From Nitrospiraceae bacterium (GTDB lineage Bacteria; Nitrospirota; Nitrospiria; Nitrospirales; Nitrospiraceae), in contig JBDIVW010000029.1 in NCBI GenBank assembly GCA_039794185.1, positions 4,596 to 68,595 on the forward strand: DNA of 64,000 nt, given 5' to 3'. Each line of letters starts with the position of its first letter. The stretch's first letter is position 1. Below the pieces are notes generated by a model. That model was not told where the DNA came from, did not search any database, and saw only the letters and a program-made list of their open reading frames with translations. Both the position numbers and the translations under genes were made by a program. Shown piece after piece: positions 52,982-62,105 of the stretch.

Positions 52982-53275
52982 GATGATCTTGCCTCCTCAG
53001 AATCGAACGAAGGATTCAGGCCTGGCGGAGGGCGCACGCTATCATAGGCCTCGGAATCGAGTCAAGAAATCGGAGGACTGCGGCCAGGCTCTCGTCCGAT
53101 GCCCATCAGGGATCCGTCGCCCCGTCCTTCTCGTAGCTTCCTGGTGCCCGTGTCGCCTTCTCTGCCTGCGTCCTCGCCGCTTCGCTCGTCGTTTCGCCCC
53201 GGCAAGCGCGACGCCCGCCACTCCAAAGAGGACTGTGCTTGACAAGAGGATAAGGCCTGGCTAGTCTTAGCGAAT

Positions 53276-54733
53276 ATGCACGTGCTCCGTCCTACCAAGA
53301 ATTCCCGACGTCGACATTCTGCTTATACGACCGTTCGCGCTGGTGTGGCAGCGGTCCTGGTCGGCGCGCTGTGGAGCCCGTTCCCAACGGAGGCCCACGC
53401 CACCGGACAGACGGCGGAAGGAACGGCGCCGGATCGGCAGTCCGCCACGGCGACGACCCCGCTCGCTCCCTCTACTAACGAACTCCAGGCACCGCAGGCG
53501 ACTGTGAACCGTTCCGGCGAGATCGCCGACGACCCCCGATTGAACCCGCCGCCGGCCGCCACCAGCGAATACTCGATGGAGTTGGCCGTTCAAAACGACG
53601 TCCTGTTCGTTCCCGAGTCGGGGGCCGTCGAGGCAGCCGAGCCGTCGGCCGAGATGTCGCCCGCGCCCGTCACCGCTCAAATCGAAGCCGAGGCGACGCC
53701 GGTGGAGCCGGAGACGGCCCCTGCAGCTCCGGCGGTCAAGCAGGAACCAGATTATAATGTGCCGATCGTCATGGATGCCAAGGTCGAAGGGCACATCCGG
53801 TTCTTCAACTACACGATCCGGGACAAGTTCGAAAAATGGCTCCTGCGGCTCAGTCACTATCATCCCTTGGTGGAACAGATTTTCATGGAGTTCGGGCTCC
53901 CGACCGACTTGGTGTACCTGTCGCTCGTTGAAAGCGGCTTCAACCCCCATGCCTACTCGCGGGCGCGCGCAACGGGCCCCTGGCAGTTCATGAAAGGCAC
54001 CGGCAAGCTCTACGGGCTTCGGGTCGATAAGTATGTGGATGAGCGTCGGGACCCGATCAAGTCCACGGTGGCCGCAGCCCGGTACCTCCGGGACCTCTAC
54101 GACCTGTTCGGATCCTGGCCCTTGGCCATGGCCGCCTACAACGCCGGCGAGGGCAAGGTGATGCGGGCGCTTCGGAAGAGCCAATCGGAGAGCTTCTCGG
54201 AAATCGCTGAAACCCGCCACATCCGCCGCGAAACGAAGGAATACGTCCCACGCTTCATGGCCGCGACTGTCATCGCCAAGAACCCAGATCGCTATGGATT
54301 CCAATTGGGCGAGGTGGACCCCCACGAGTTCGAGGAGGTGATCGTCGGGCGGTCGATGCATCTGCGCTCGATTGCCGCCGCCTCGGGCGTGAAGTACGAA
54401 ACGCTGCGGATGCTGAATCCGGAACTCCGCTTGGAGGCGACGCCGCCGGACGACCCCCGCTACCACTTGAAAGTTCCGGTCGGGTCGAAGAAGAGAATCG
54501 AGAACGTGCTCGATCGGGTTCCGTCCTGGAAAGCCCCTCGGCACCTGCCCAGCACCAAGACCGTCAAAGCGAAACCGAATCGCGGCGGGTCGCGCAAGTG
54601 GTACAAGGTCCGGAACGGCGACACCCTCGCCTCGATTGCGAAACGGTTCAATCTGACCGTCAGCGCCCTCAAGGAACGGAACAACATTTCCGCTCGACAG
54701 CTTCGGGCCGGCGACCTGCTGTCCATTCGCTGA
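53276..54733 (+). CDS. mltD: membrane-bound lytic transglycosylase (SLT domain + LysM), MltD-like
   Basis: Signal peptide, SLT catalytic LSLVESGFNPHAYSRARATGPWQFM and AAYNAGEG. C-terminal LysM YKVRNGDTLASIAKRFNLTVSALKERNN. Confidence 0.85.
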   Translation: MHVLRPTKNSRRRHSAYTTVRAGVAAVLVGALWSPFPTEAHATGQTAEGTAPDRQSATATTPLAPSTNELQAPQATVNRSGEIADDPRLNPPPAATSEYSMELAVQNDVLFVPESGAVEAAEPSAEMSPAPVTAQIEAEATPVEPETAPAAPAVKQEPDYNVPIVMDAKVEGHIRFFNYTIRDKFEKWLLRLSHYHPLVEQIFMEFGLPTDLVYLSLVESGFNPHAYSRARATGPWQFMKGTGKLYGLRVDKYVDERRDPIKSTVAAARYLRDLYDLFGSWPLAMAAYNAGEGKVMRALRKSQSESFSEIAETRHIRRETKEYVPRFMAATVIAKNPDRYGFQLGEVDPHEFEEVIVGRSMHLRSIAAASGVKYETLRMLNPELRLEATPPDDPRYHLKVPVGSKKRIENVLDRVPSWKAPRHLPSTKTVKAKPNRGGSRKWYKVRNGDTLASIAKRFNLTVSALKERNNISARQLRAGDLLSIR

Positions 54734-54927
54734 GCCAAGCTGCCTCCACTCCTCCCCGCGCTCAATTCCACCTGTCCCATGTCAGGGCCCATCGCCGACA
54801 CGACGGCGCCGGCCGACGACGACCGAGTCCGGAGTCGGACCTCCGGACGAATCGGACCATGCCCAGGCGCCATCGGGACCGCAGTCGAAGCGAGTCCCAG
54901 GCGGGCCCGACGCCGGTCGCACCTTGA

Positions 54928-55740
54928 TTACTTGCTCGTCGTTTTTGACGGAGGGGCCGGTTTGGCCGCCTTGTTCGGGACCGCCGCCGGAGGTGTGGAC
55001 GCGGGACTCGGGACCGGCTGGCCGTCCGCAGTCTTCTTGACTTCCATCACCTTCATTCGGACGGTGGCTTCGCTCGCCAAGGGCGAGTTGGGGTAGGACT
55101 TGACCAAGTCTTGGTAATGCGCAATGGCGCCTTCCGGTCTGCCCTGGGATTCCTCGATCCGGGCCAATTCGAACAGGGCATGATCGCGATTCAAGGCACC
55201 GGGGGTCTCGGTCACTGCGGTGAACGCCTTCGCCGCCGCCTCACGATCCCCCTTGAGCAAATAGGCGTAGCCGAGCCGCTGCTGGATCAACCCGGTCATC
55301 ATCGGGTGCCCCGCATAGGCCAGCAAGCCCTTTTGATAGGCCTCGATCGCGCCCGCCACGTCATTCTGTTGCATCAGGGCATTGCCGAGTTGGTAAAATC
55401 CCATGGCCCCGGCTTGGGTTCGAGGATACTGCTCCGTCAATTGCTTGAGCGTCGCCACCGCCCCCTTGAGGTTTTGTTCGGCCTCGCTGGGCTTGTCCGG
55501 CGGCTGCTCCACTAACAACCTCGTGCCGCGGTTCAGCAACTCCACCGATGCAGCCACCCGCTGCTGGTCGGTCCAGAGCACCCCGCCGACGATCAGGCCG
55601 GCGACGAGCACCACCCCGGCGCCCACCATCAAACCGCGACGGTGGTCGTACAGGCTGAGCAAGAAACGATCCCCCCAACTCCCGAGGTGCGCCTCGTCGA
55701 GGGGAACGGATTTGTCTGGGACGCGAATTCGGTAGGACAT
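54928..55740 (-). CDS. membrane-anchored TPR-like protein (YfgM/UPF0070-like) with Pro/Ala/Lys-rich tail
   Basis: One TM segment (GLMVGAGVVLVAGLIVGGVLW), then TPR-like helices (AIEAYQKGLLAYAGHP...). Confidence 0.6.
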   Translation of the reverse strand: MSYRIRVPDKSVPLDEAHLGSWGDRFLLSLYDHRRGLMVGAGVVLVAGLIVGGVLWTDQQRVAASVELLNRGTRLLVEQPPDKPSEAEQNLKGAVATLKQLTEQYPRTQAGAMGFYQLGNALMQQNDVAGAIEAYQKGLLAYAGHPMMTGLIQQRLGYAYLLKGDREAAAKAFTAVTETPGALNRDHALFELARIEESQGRPEGAIAHYQDLVKSYPNSPLASEATVRMKVMEVKKTADGQPVPSPASTPPAAVPNKAAKPAPPSKTTSK

Positions 55741-55825
55741 CGTGTTCGGCTATCCGGCAGGGCTGTCGTGATTGCGGTCGACGGCGTGCGGAGTCCTCGC
55801 CGCTTATAACGAAGGACACTGGGGC

Positions 55826-55862
55826 TTGTCAAACCAAATGGGCGGCGACGCAGGATTGACAC
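55826..55862. promoter_or_regulatory. candidate BirA operator (bioO): TTGTCAAACC-N17-GGATTGACAC, overlapping a TTGACA -35 box
   Basis: Imperfect inverted repeat (8/10) resembling the TGTAAACC...GGTTTACA BirA sites of proteobacteria. 54 nt upstream of the bioF ATG. Confidence 0.4.
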
Positions 55863-55915
55863 CCTCGATCAAACCCTTCTAGCCTACGGAATCGCTCCAT
55901 CCGGCGCCCGCCGGA

Positions 55916-57121
55916 ATGAATCCCAAGGAGGCCGCCAGGACCGTGAGACCGATCGACGCCGCCGTTCGAGCCGAACTCGACTCCCTTCAGGCCGCCCATC
56001 TGCTCCGGCACGCACGCCGTATCGATTCGGCCTGCGGCCCGGTCGTCGTGCTGGAGGGACGCGCGGTGATCTTGATGGCTTCGAATGATTACCTTGGATT
56101 GGCCAACGATCCGGCCGTGAAGCAGGCCGCCGTCGACGCCATCGAAACCTTCGGCGTCGGAACGGGCGCGGCCCGGCTCATTTCCGGCACGCAAGCGCCC
56201 CACGAGGCGCTGGAATCGGCCCTGGCGGCGTTCAAAGGAACCGAAGCCGCGCTCTGCTTCGGATCGGGATACCTGGCGAATTTGGGACTCCTCACCAGTC
56301 TGGCGAGACCCGGCGACCTCATTCTGGCCGATCGATTGTGCCATGCCAGCCTCATCGACGGCTGCCGGCTGAGCCGCGCACAGCTCCGCATCTATCACCA
56401 CGGCGAGGCCGCGCACCTCGAACGGTTGTTGCGGCGACGCGGCTGCGCGCGCCGGACCGTCATCGTGACGGACGGGCTCTTCAGCATGGACGGAGACCTC
56501 GCGCCGCTCAAGGACTTGGTCGATCTTTCCCGCCGGTACGACGCCCTGCTCGTGGTCGACGACGCGCACGGGACGGGCATTCTCGGCCCGGAAGGGAGAG
56601 GCTCGCTGGAAGCCTGCGGGGTGGAATCCGAGATTCCCTTTCACATGGGCACGCTGGGCAAGGCCCTAGGCAGCAGCGGCGCCTACGTGGCCGGATCTTC
56701 GGCCTTCGTTCAATGGCTGGTCAACACCGCTCGGCCGTTTCTGTTCACCACGGCTCCCCCCGCCGCGTTGTCGGCAGCCGCGTCGGCGGCGCTCGCGATC
56801 GTCCGCCGGGAACCTCGGCGTCGCGCCGCGCTCTGGGCTAATCGCGAACGGCTCTTTGCCGGCCTCACCAGCCTGGGCTTCAGACTGACCGCCACGACGA
56901 GTCCCATCCTGCCCATCCTCGTCGGCGACCCGGCGACGGCGCTGGAATTCAGCCGGCGTCTGCTCGCCGAGGGCGTGTACGCCCCGGCCATTCGGCCGCC
57001 GACCGTCCCGCGCGGGAGCAGTCGGATTCGCTTCACCGTGACCGCCTCCCATACGGTCGACCAAGTCGACGGCGTCCTGGACGCCTGCCGGCGAATCGGC
57101 CGGGCCTTGAAACTCATCTGA
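55916..57121 (+). CDS. bioF: 8-amino-7-oxononanoate synthase
   Basis: ASNDYLGLANDP...DDAHGTGILG...GTLGKALGSSGAY (PLP Lys). Confidence 0.9.
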   Translation: MNPKEAARTVRPIDAAVRAELDSLQAAHLLRHARRIDSACGPVVVLEGRAVILMASNDYLGLANDPAVKQAAVDAIETFGVGTGAARLISGTQAPHEALESALAAFKGTEAALCFGSGYLANLGLLTSLARPGDLILADRLCHASLIDGCRLSRAQLRIYHHGEAAHLERLLRRRGCARRTVIVTDGLFSMDGDLAPLKDLVDLSRRYDALLVVDDAHGTGILGPEGRGSLEACGVESEIPFHMGTLGKALGSSGAYVAGSSAFVQWLVNTARPFLFTTAPPAALSAAASAALAIVRREPRRRAALWANRERLFAGLTSLGFRLTATTSPILPILVGDPATALEFSRRLLAEGVYAPAIRPPTVPRGSSRIRFTVTASHTVDQVDGVLDACRRIGRALKLI

Positions 57122-57327
57122 CCCGCACCAGTCGGGACCCGCCGGTCAGCACCTGCGTCACTGACCGCGCCGAGCCTCCAACCGCTGCACGTTGAGCCGA
57201 ATTCCTTGCCTCCAGGACGGGATGTGGCATGATGACCGAGTCGTCCCGAAGGCGTCACGCCTGCCCCAGTATTCATGGTCACCGCCCGTTTCATGACGCA
57301 TTCATTTTGCACGGAGGACCCGGCTTC

Positions 57328-58392
57328 ATGGACATCTCCCAACTCCTGAGCTTCGGCGTCAAAGAAGGCGCCTCCGATTGTCACCTCAGCGCGGGCGAGC
57401 CGCCGATGCTTCGCCTGCACGGCGACCTCAAAAAAATCGACATGCCCGCCCTCACCCAGGACCAGGTACACGGCTTGGTCTACGACATCATGAGCGATGC
57501 GCAGCGGAAAATGTTCGAGGAACACCTCGAGGCGGACTTTTCCTTCGCGCTCGGCGAGGTCGCCCGCTTCCGCGTGAACGTGTTCATGCAAAATCGCGGG
57601 CTGGCGGCGGTGTTTCGCACCATCCCGACCGAGATCATCCCCCTCGAGAAGCTCGGCATGCCCGCCATCTTGCGCCAGCTCTGCGACCGGGAGAAGGGCC
57701 TGATCCTGGTCACGGGGCCCACCGGCTCCGGAAAATCCACCACGCTGGCGGCCATGGTCGACTATCTGAACAATACCTTCGAAGGACACGTGATCACGAT
57801 CGAGGATCCCATCGAGTTCGTCCACAAATCCAAGAAGTGTTTGGTCAATCAACGGGAGCTGGGTGTCCAGACCAAGTCCTTCTCGAACGCGCTCCGGTCG
57901 GCCCTGCGCGAGGACCCGGACATCATCCTGGTCGGCGAAATGCGGGACCTCGAAACGATCCAGTTGGCGTTGACGGCGGCGGAGACCGGGCACCTGGTCT
58001 TCGGCACGTTGCACACGTCGAGCGCGCCCAAGACGGTGGATCGGATCATCGACGCCTTCCCGCCGAACCAGCAGGCGCAAGTGCGCACCCAGCTCTCCGA
58101 GGCGTTGGAGGCGATCTTGACGCAGACGCTCGTGAAGAAAAAAACGGACGGTCGCGTCGCGGCCGTCGAGATTCTCGTGGCCACCACGGCCATCCGCAAC
58201 CTTATCCGGGAACAGAAGCTCCACCAGATTCCGGGTCTCATGCAGGCCAGCCAGAAGGAAGGCATGCAGACCATGGACATGGCCTTGATGGAGCTGGTGT
58301 CCCGCGGCCTCATCACGAAGGCGGAGGCGCAAGCGCGCAGCATGAATCCCAATCTGTTCAACAACGTGGTCGGGACCGGGACGGCCGCCTGA
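57328..58392 (+). CDS. pilT: type IV pilus retraction ATPase
   Basis: MDISQLLSFGVKEGASDCHL..., Walker A GPTGSGKST, AIRNLIREQK. Start at internal ATG 57328 of ORF 57229..58392. Confidence 0.93.
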   Translation: MDISQLLSFGVKEGASDCHLSAGEPPMLRLHGDLKKIDMPALTQDQVHGLVYDIMSDAQRKMFEEHLEADFSFALGEVARFRVNVFMQNRGLAAVFRTIPTEIIPLEKLGMPAILRQLCDREKGLILVTGPTGSGKSTTLAAMVDYLNNTFEGHVITIEDPIEFVHKSKKCLVNQRELGVQTKSFSNALRSALREDPDIILVGEMRDLETIQLALTAAETGHLVFGTLHTSSAPKTVDRIIDAFPPNQQAQVRTQLSEALEAILTQTLVKKKTDGRVAAVEILVATTAIRNLIREQKLHQIPGLMQASQKEGMQTMDMALMELVSRGLITKAEAQARSMNPNLFNNVVGTGTAA

Positions 58393-58425
58393 ACCGGTCA
58401 CCCCGACAGGCGAGGAATCACCCGT

Positions 58426-59613
58426 ATGGAAATTCGAGACCTGCTCAAGACGATGGTCGAGCGCGAAGGATCGGACCTCTACCTCACGGTGGATGCGCCG
58501 CCCGTGTATCGTGTGCACGGGACGACGCACCCGACCGGCGATCCCCCCTTCAACAACGATCAGCTCGAAGCCTTGGCCCTGGCGCTCATGCGGGGACCGC
58601 AGCGGAGCGAATTCGAGGAAAAGATGGAGATGAACCTGGCTCTGTATTACAAGGAGCTGGGCCGGTTCCGCGTGAACATCTTTCGCCAGCGCGGCAACGT
58701 CGGGCTGGTCTTCCGGCACATCAAGGCCGATATTCAGGACGTCGCCGCACTCGGGCTTCCGCCGATCGTCAAGGATCTGGCGCTGACCAAGCGCGGGCTG
58801 ATTCTCGTCGTCGGCGCCACGGGATCCGGTAAGTCGACGACCCTGGCCGCCATGGTCGATCACCGGAACTCGGTCGCGTCCGGCCACGTCATTTCCGTCG
58901 AGGACCCCATCGAGTTCGTCCATCATCACAAGAAGTGCCTCATCACACAGCGGGAGGTCGGCTTCGACACCCATTCGTTTCACAGCGCCCTCAAGAACAC
59001 GCTCCGGCAGGCCCCCGACGTCATCCTCATCGGCGAAATCCGGGACACGGAGACGATGGAAGCCGCCATCACGTTCGCCGAAACCGGGCACCTCTGTTTG
59101 GGCACGTTGCACTCGAACAACGCCAACCAGGCCATCGAGCGCATTATGAATTTCTTCCCGGTCGAACGGCACCAACAGATCTATCTCCAGTTGTCGCTAA
59201 ACTTACGCGCCATCATTTCCCAACGCCTGGTCCCGTCGATGGACGGGCGGCGGGTGCCGGCCCTGGAGATCATGCTGGATACGCCGCGCGTGAAGGACCT
59301 GATCAAGAAGGCGGAGGTCGACACCCTGAAGGAGGCGATGGAGCAAGGCATCGAGGAGGGATGCCAGACGTTCGACTACGTCCTGTTCAAATTGTACCGG
59401 GAAGGCAAGATCAGTCTGGAGCAGGCGCTGATCAACGCCGACAGCGCCAATAACCTGCGCCTTCGCATCAAGCTGGAAGGCGTGCGGAGCGGCGACGAGC
59501 AACTGGCCAAATTGCTGGAAGGCGACCCCAAGGACCAGGCCGCGCAGACGGGCAAGAAACCCAGTTTTTCGATCGTCGGCCAGGATCCCGGATTGAAGCG
59601 CCGGGTCCCGTAA
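58426..59613 (+). CDS. pilU: PilT-family ATPase, PilU-like
   Basis: MEIRDLLKTMVEREGSDLYLTVDAPP..., GATGSGKST, VKDLIKKAEV. Directly downstream of pilT. Confidence 0.88.
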   Translation: MEIRDLLKTMVEREGSDLYLTVDAPPVYRVHGTTHPTGDPPFNNDQLEALALALMRGPQRSEFEEKMEMNLALYYKELGRFRVNIFRQRGNVGLVFRHIKADIQDVAALGLPPIVKDLALTKRGLILVVGATGSGKSTTLAAMVDHRNSVASGHVISVEDPIEFVHHHKKCLITQREVGFDTHSFHSALKNTLRQAPDVILIGEIRDTETMEAAITFAETGHLCLGTLHSNNANQAIERIMNFFPVERHQQIYLQLSLNLRAIISQRLVPSMDGRRVPALEIMLDTPRVKDLIKKAEVDTLKEAMEQGIEEGCQTFDYVLFKLYREGKISLEQALINADSANNLRLRIKLEGVRSGDEQLAKLLEGDPKDQAAQTGKKPSFSIVGQDPGLKRRVP

Positions 59614-59634
59614 TCCACCCCTGTCCGGGCGAGG

Positions 59635-60204
59635 TCAGGGGGACGTCCGCCCGGCCCCCTCCTCTCCCGTCAAGTGTTCCAAATACCCGGCCATCTGATC
59701 CAGCGCCGAGGCGCTCAGTTTCTGTCCGTACCATCGCGGCATCGCGTGAGTGGGATACCCGGGCACGACGTAGGCCCCCGGATTGGTGATCGATTCCACG
59801 ATGTATTCCCGCACGGTTTTCGCCTGCCCCTTGTACTTGGGATCAGTCAACCGGCGCGGTCCGGTCGAGCCGAGGAGCAAGGGCGGACCTTCTCTCCCTT
59901 GGGCGCCCTCCACCCCCGGAATCGCGTGACACACCGGACACCCCGCCTTCGTGAAGATTACCTGTAGCGGTTCCTCACCCGTCACCAACGGCACCATGTC
60001 GGCCGTCAGCTTCGGCCCGGTGACTCCCGTGTCTTTCGGCGCATCCGGCGTCATCGGCGACCGGTCGAGCGAATACAGCGCGAACAGCAGAATGATGCCG
60101 ACCACCGTGGCCGTAATGCTGCGCTCCCGCCGGCGGTAGGCGGCCTCCTCGGGCGAAAGCACCGGAGGCGGAGGTTCGATCGGGTCGGGCGGAGGCGTGA
60201 TCAT
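59635..60204 (-). CDS. membrane-anchored mono-haem c-type cytochrome
   Basis: N-terminal TM anchor (ITATVVGIILLFALYSL), a single CPVCH haem motif, and a distal Met candidate (HAMPRW). Confidence 0.8.
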   Translation of the reverse strand: MITPPPDPIEPPPPVLSPEEAAYRRRERSITATVVGIILLFALYSLDRSPMTPDAPKDTGVTGPKLTADMVPLVTGEEPLQVIFTKAGCPVCHAIPGVEGAQGREGPPLLLGSTGPRRLTDPKYKGQAKTVREYIVESITNPGAYVVPGYPTHAMPRWYGQKLSASALDQMAGYLEHLTGEEGAGRTSP

Positions 60205-60261
60205 CGTGCGTGGCTCGTGCCCGCATCCGGGGCCGGAGGCGTCTCGGGTGACGGGCCCATG

Positions 60262-60792
60262 CTAGCCCACCCGCCATTTGATCGTACAGCCGATCGCATG
60301 CGTGCTGGGTTCCACCGGGCGCCGCCCGTCCAACAGCGCATCCAGCGCCTCGCGCAGGTACGGCCGCAGTACCGCGGTCGGCTGCTGCCAGTTGTCGTCG
60401 ATCTTGCCGGTATACGCCAACCGGCGATCCCGATCGAACACGAAGAGCTGCGGGGTATGCGTCGCCCCGAAAGCCCGAGCGACGTCCTGCGATTCATCAT
60501 GGAGATAGGGAAAATTGAACGCCTTTGCCGCCGCGCGAGCGACCATGGCCTCGAAACCGTCCTCCGGAAAGCCGGTTGCATCGTTGGCATTGATCGCGAC
60601 GAGTTGCACGCCGCGATCGTGATAGTCCCGCTGCACGCCGATGAGCCGATCTTCATAGGCCTGCGCGTAAGGACAATGATTGCAGGAAAACACCACCACC
60701 AGGATCGCCTTGGTCGCGAAGCTGGCCAGCCCGTACAGCTCGCCGTCGACGGACGGCAGGTGGAACGTTGGAGCGGGGTCGCCGATGCGCAT
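60262..60792 (-). CDS. thioredoxin-fold (AhpC/TSA/redoxin-like) protein with CNHCP motif
   Basis: GDPAPTFHLPSVDGELYGLASF...VVVFSCNHCPYA... Confidence 0.8.
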   Translation of the reverse strand: MRIGDPAPTFHLPSVDGELYGLASFATKAILVVVFSCNHCPYAQAYEDRLIGVQRDYHDRGVQLVAINANDATGFPEDGFEAMVARAAAKAFNFPYLHDESQDVARAFGATHTPQLFVFDRDRRLAYTGKIDDNWQQPTAVLRPYLREALDALLDGRRPVEPSTHAIGCTIKWRVG

Positions 60793-60838
60793 AGGTGCGG
60801 CAGGCAGCCGGTCCCGAATGGGAGGCCGGAGTCACGAG

Positions 60839-61675
60839 TTACTTCGAGGCAACCTCTGGGGGTGTGCTCGAGGCGCAACGGAACCCGATCGTCCGATCGC
60901 GAAAATCGGGTTCCGCCGACACCCGCGCGGAAACCCGCAGCGAGGTGGGAAGATCCGCCCATGATCCTCCGCGTATGACGCGCTTCTCCCCGGACTCGGG
61001 ACCGGCGGGATTCTTGGCGGGGCTTGCGCCGTAATACTGCCGATCGTACCAATCCGCCACCCACTCGGCGGCATTGCCGGCCATGTGGAACAGGCCGTAG
61101 GGACTGCGGCCGCCTTCCTTCAACCCGTGCCGCACACTCATCCCTTCGACGCCGCTGCTCACCGGACTCAACGTGACGACTTCGCTGACCCACAGCCCGC
61201 GATTGTAATTGGCAATGTCGACGAACGGCTGCATGTGACCCCAGGGATAACGACGCCCGTCTGTGCCCCGCGCGGCCTTTTCCCACTCGGCTTCCGTCGG
61301 CAGCCGCTCCCCCGCCCATTTGCAATAGGCCTCGGCGTCGAACCAGTTCACGCCCACGACGGGACGATCGCCGGCGGCGGTGATGGCCTCTTCATCCCAC
61401 ATCGGGGGCGCCTTGCGCTTGGAGGCTTCGAGGAACTTCGCGTAGAGAGCGATCGTCACTTCGTACTGGTCGATATAAAACGCGTCCAAGGTCACCTGGT
61501 GCTCGGGGCGCTCGTTGGGCAATCCGTCATTGCTCCCCATGGTGAACGCCCCGGCCGGGATCAGAGCCATGGGCGCGCCATCCTTGCCGTTGATGACATC
61601 GACGGCCGCAGCTCCCGAGATCCCGAGGCCGATCACACACACCCCAACGAGGATCGCCATCAGCCAACGCCCCAT
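60839..61675 (-). CDS. secreted formylglycine-generating-enzyme (SUMF1/DUF323) family protein
   Basis: Signal peptide, FTMGSNDGLPNERPEHQVTLDAFYIDQYEVT, YCKWAGERLPTEAEWEKAARG, NAAEWVADW, VIRGGSWA. Confidence 0.85.
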   Translation of the reverse strand: MGRWLMAILVGVCVIGLGISGAAAVDVINGKDGAPMALIPAGAFTMGSNDGLPNERPEHQVTLDAFYIDQYEVTIALYAKFLEASKRKAPPMWDEEAITAAGDRPVVGVNWFDAEAYCKWAGERLPTEAEWEKAARGTDGRRYPWGHMQPFVDIANYNRGLWVSEVVTLSPVSSGVEGMSVRHGLKEGGRSPYGLFHMAGNAAEWVADWYDRQYYGASPAKNPAGPESGEKRVIRGGSWADLPTSLRVSARVSAEPDFRDRTIGFRCASSTPPEVASK

Positions 61676-61901
61676 AGGTCCCTCCTCTCACGGCCAGGCA
61701 CGCGACGGTCCCGAACACGTTTGGCCGCAGTGTACCGTTAGCCGCCCACAAACTCAACGGGCGTGCGGCGGAGGAGCAGGCAAGCAGGGGGCAATCGCTC
61801 GACACTCGCGCGGGAGCGTTGCAACACCGGCTTGCGGGATCACGGCTCCTGCCACGGGGGATGCACGGCGCACCCTGGGTGACGCTGCGACAGGAGGCAT
61901 C

Positions 61902-62105
61902 ATGCGGCTCGACAGCCGCGTCGACGATCGAGGCCCGATCGGGCGCGGACACCATGGTGAGATGATCGGAGAGTCCGGCACGCCCTTCAACATCAGGAGC
62001 GGAGAAGGGGCCGGATCGAGCCAACCGGGCCGTCCGTCGTGCCCTCGCCGATCCGCGGCACTCCGGGCCGACGACTCGGACTACCCGGCCGCGCGACCGG
62101 ACTGA
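61902..62105 (+). CDS. hypothetical small protein (67 aa), weak call
   Basis: ATG preceded by AGGAGG-catc. High third-position G/C by eye. No recognisable motif. The 3' end overlaps the convergent GAF kinase by 25 nt. Confidence 0.2.
   Translation: MRLDSRVDDRGPIGRGHHGEMIGESGTPFNIRSGEGAGSSQPGRPSCPRRSAALRADDSDYPAARPD

Noticed and set aside
54826-54847. GTCCGGA-N8-TCCGGAC hairpin between convergent mltD-like and the YfgM-like gene, as an intrinsic terminator
   Set aside because: The 7-bp stem has no U/A tracts on either side, which is too weak to call a terminator. It is noted only.
56710-59175. 821-aa minus-strand ORF spanning bioF, pilT and pilU in antisense
   Set aside because: It crosses two intergenic gaps of well-supported plus-strand genes and has no recognisable domains.
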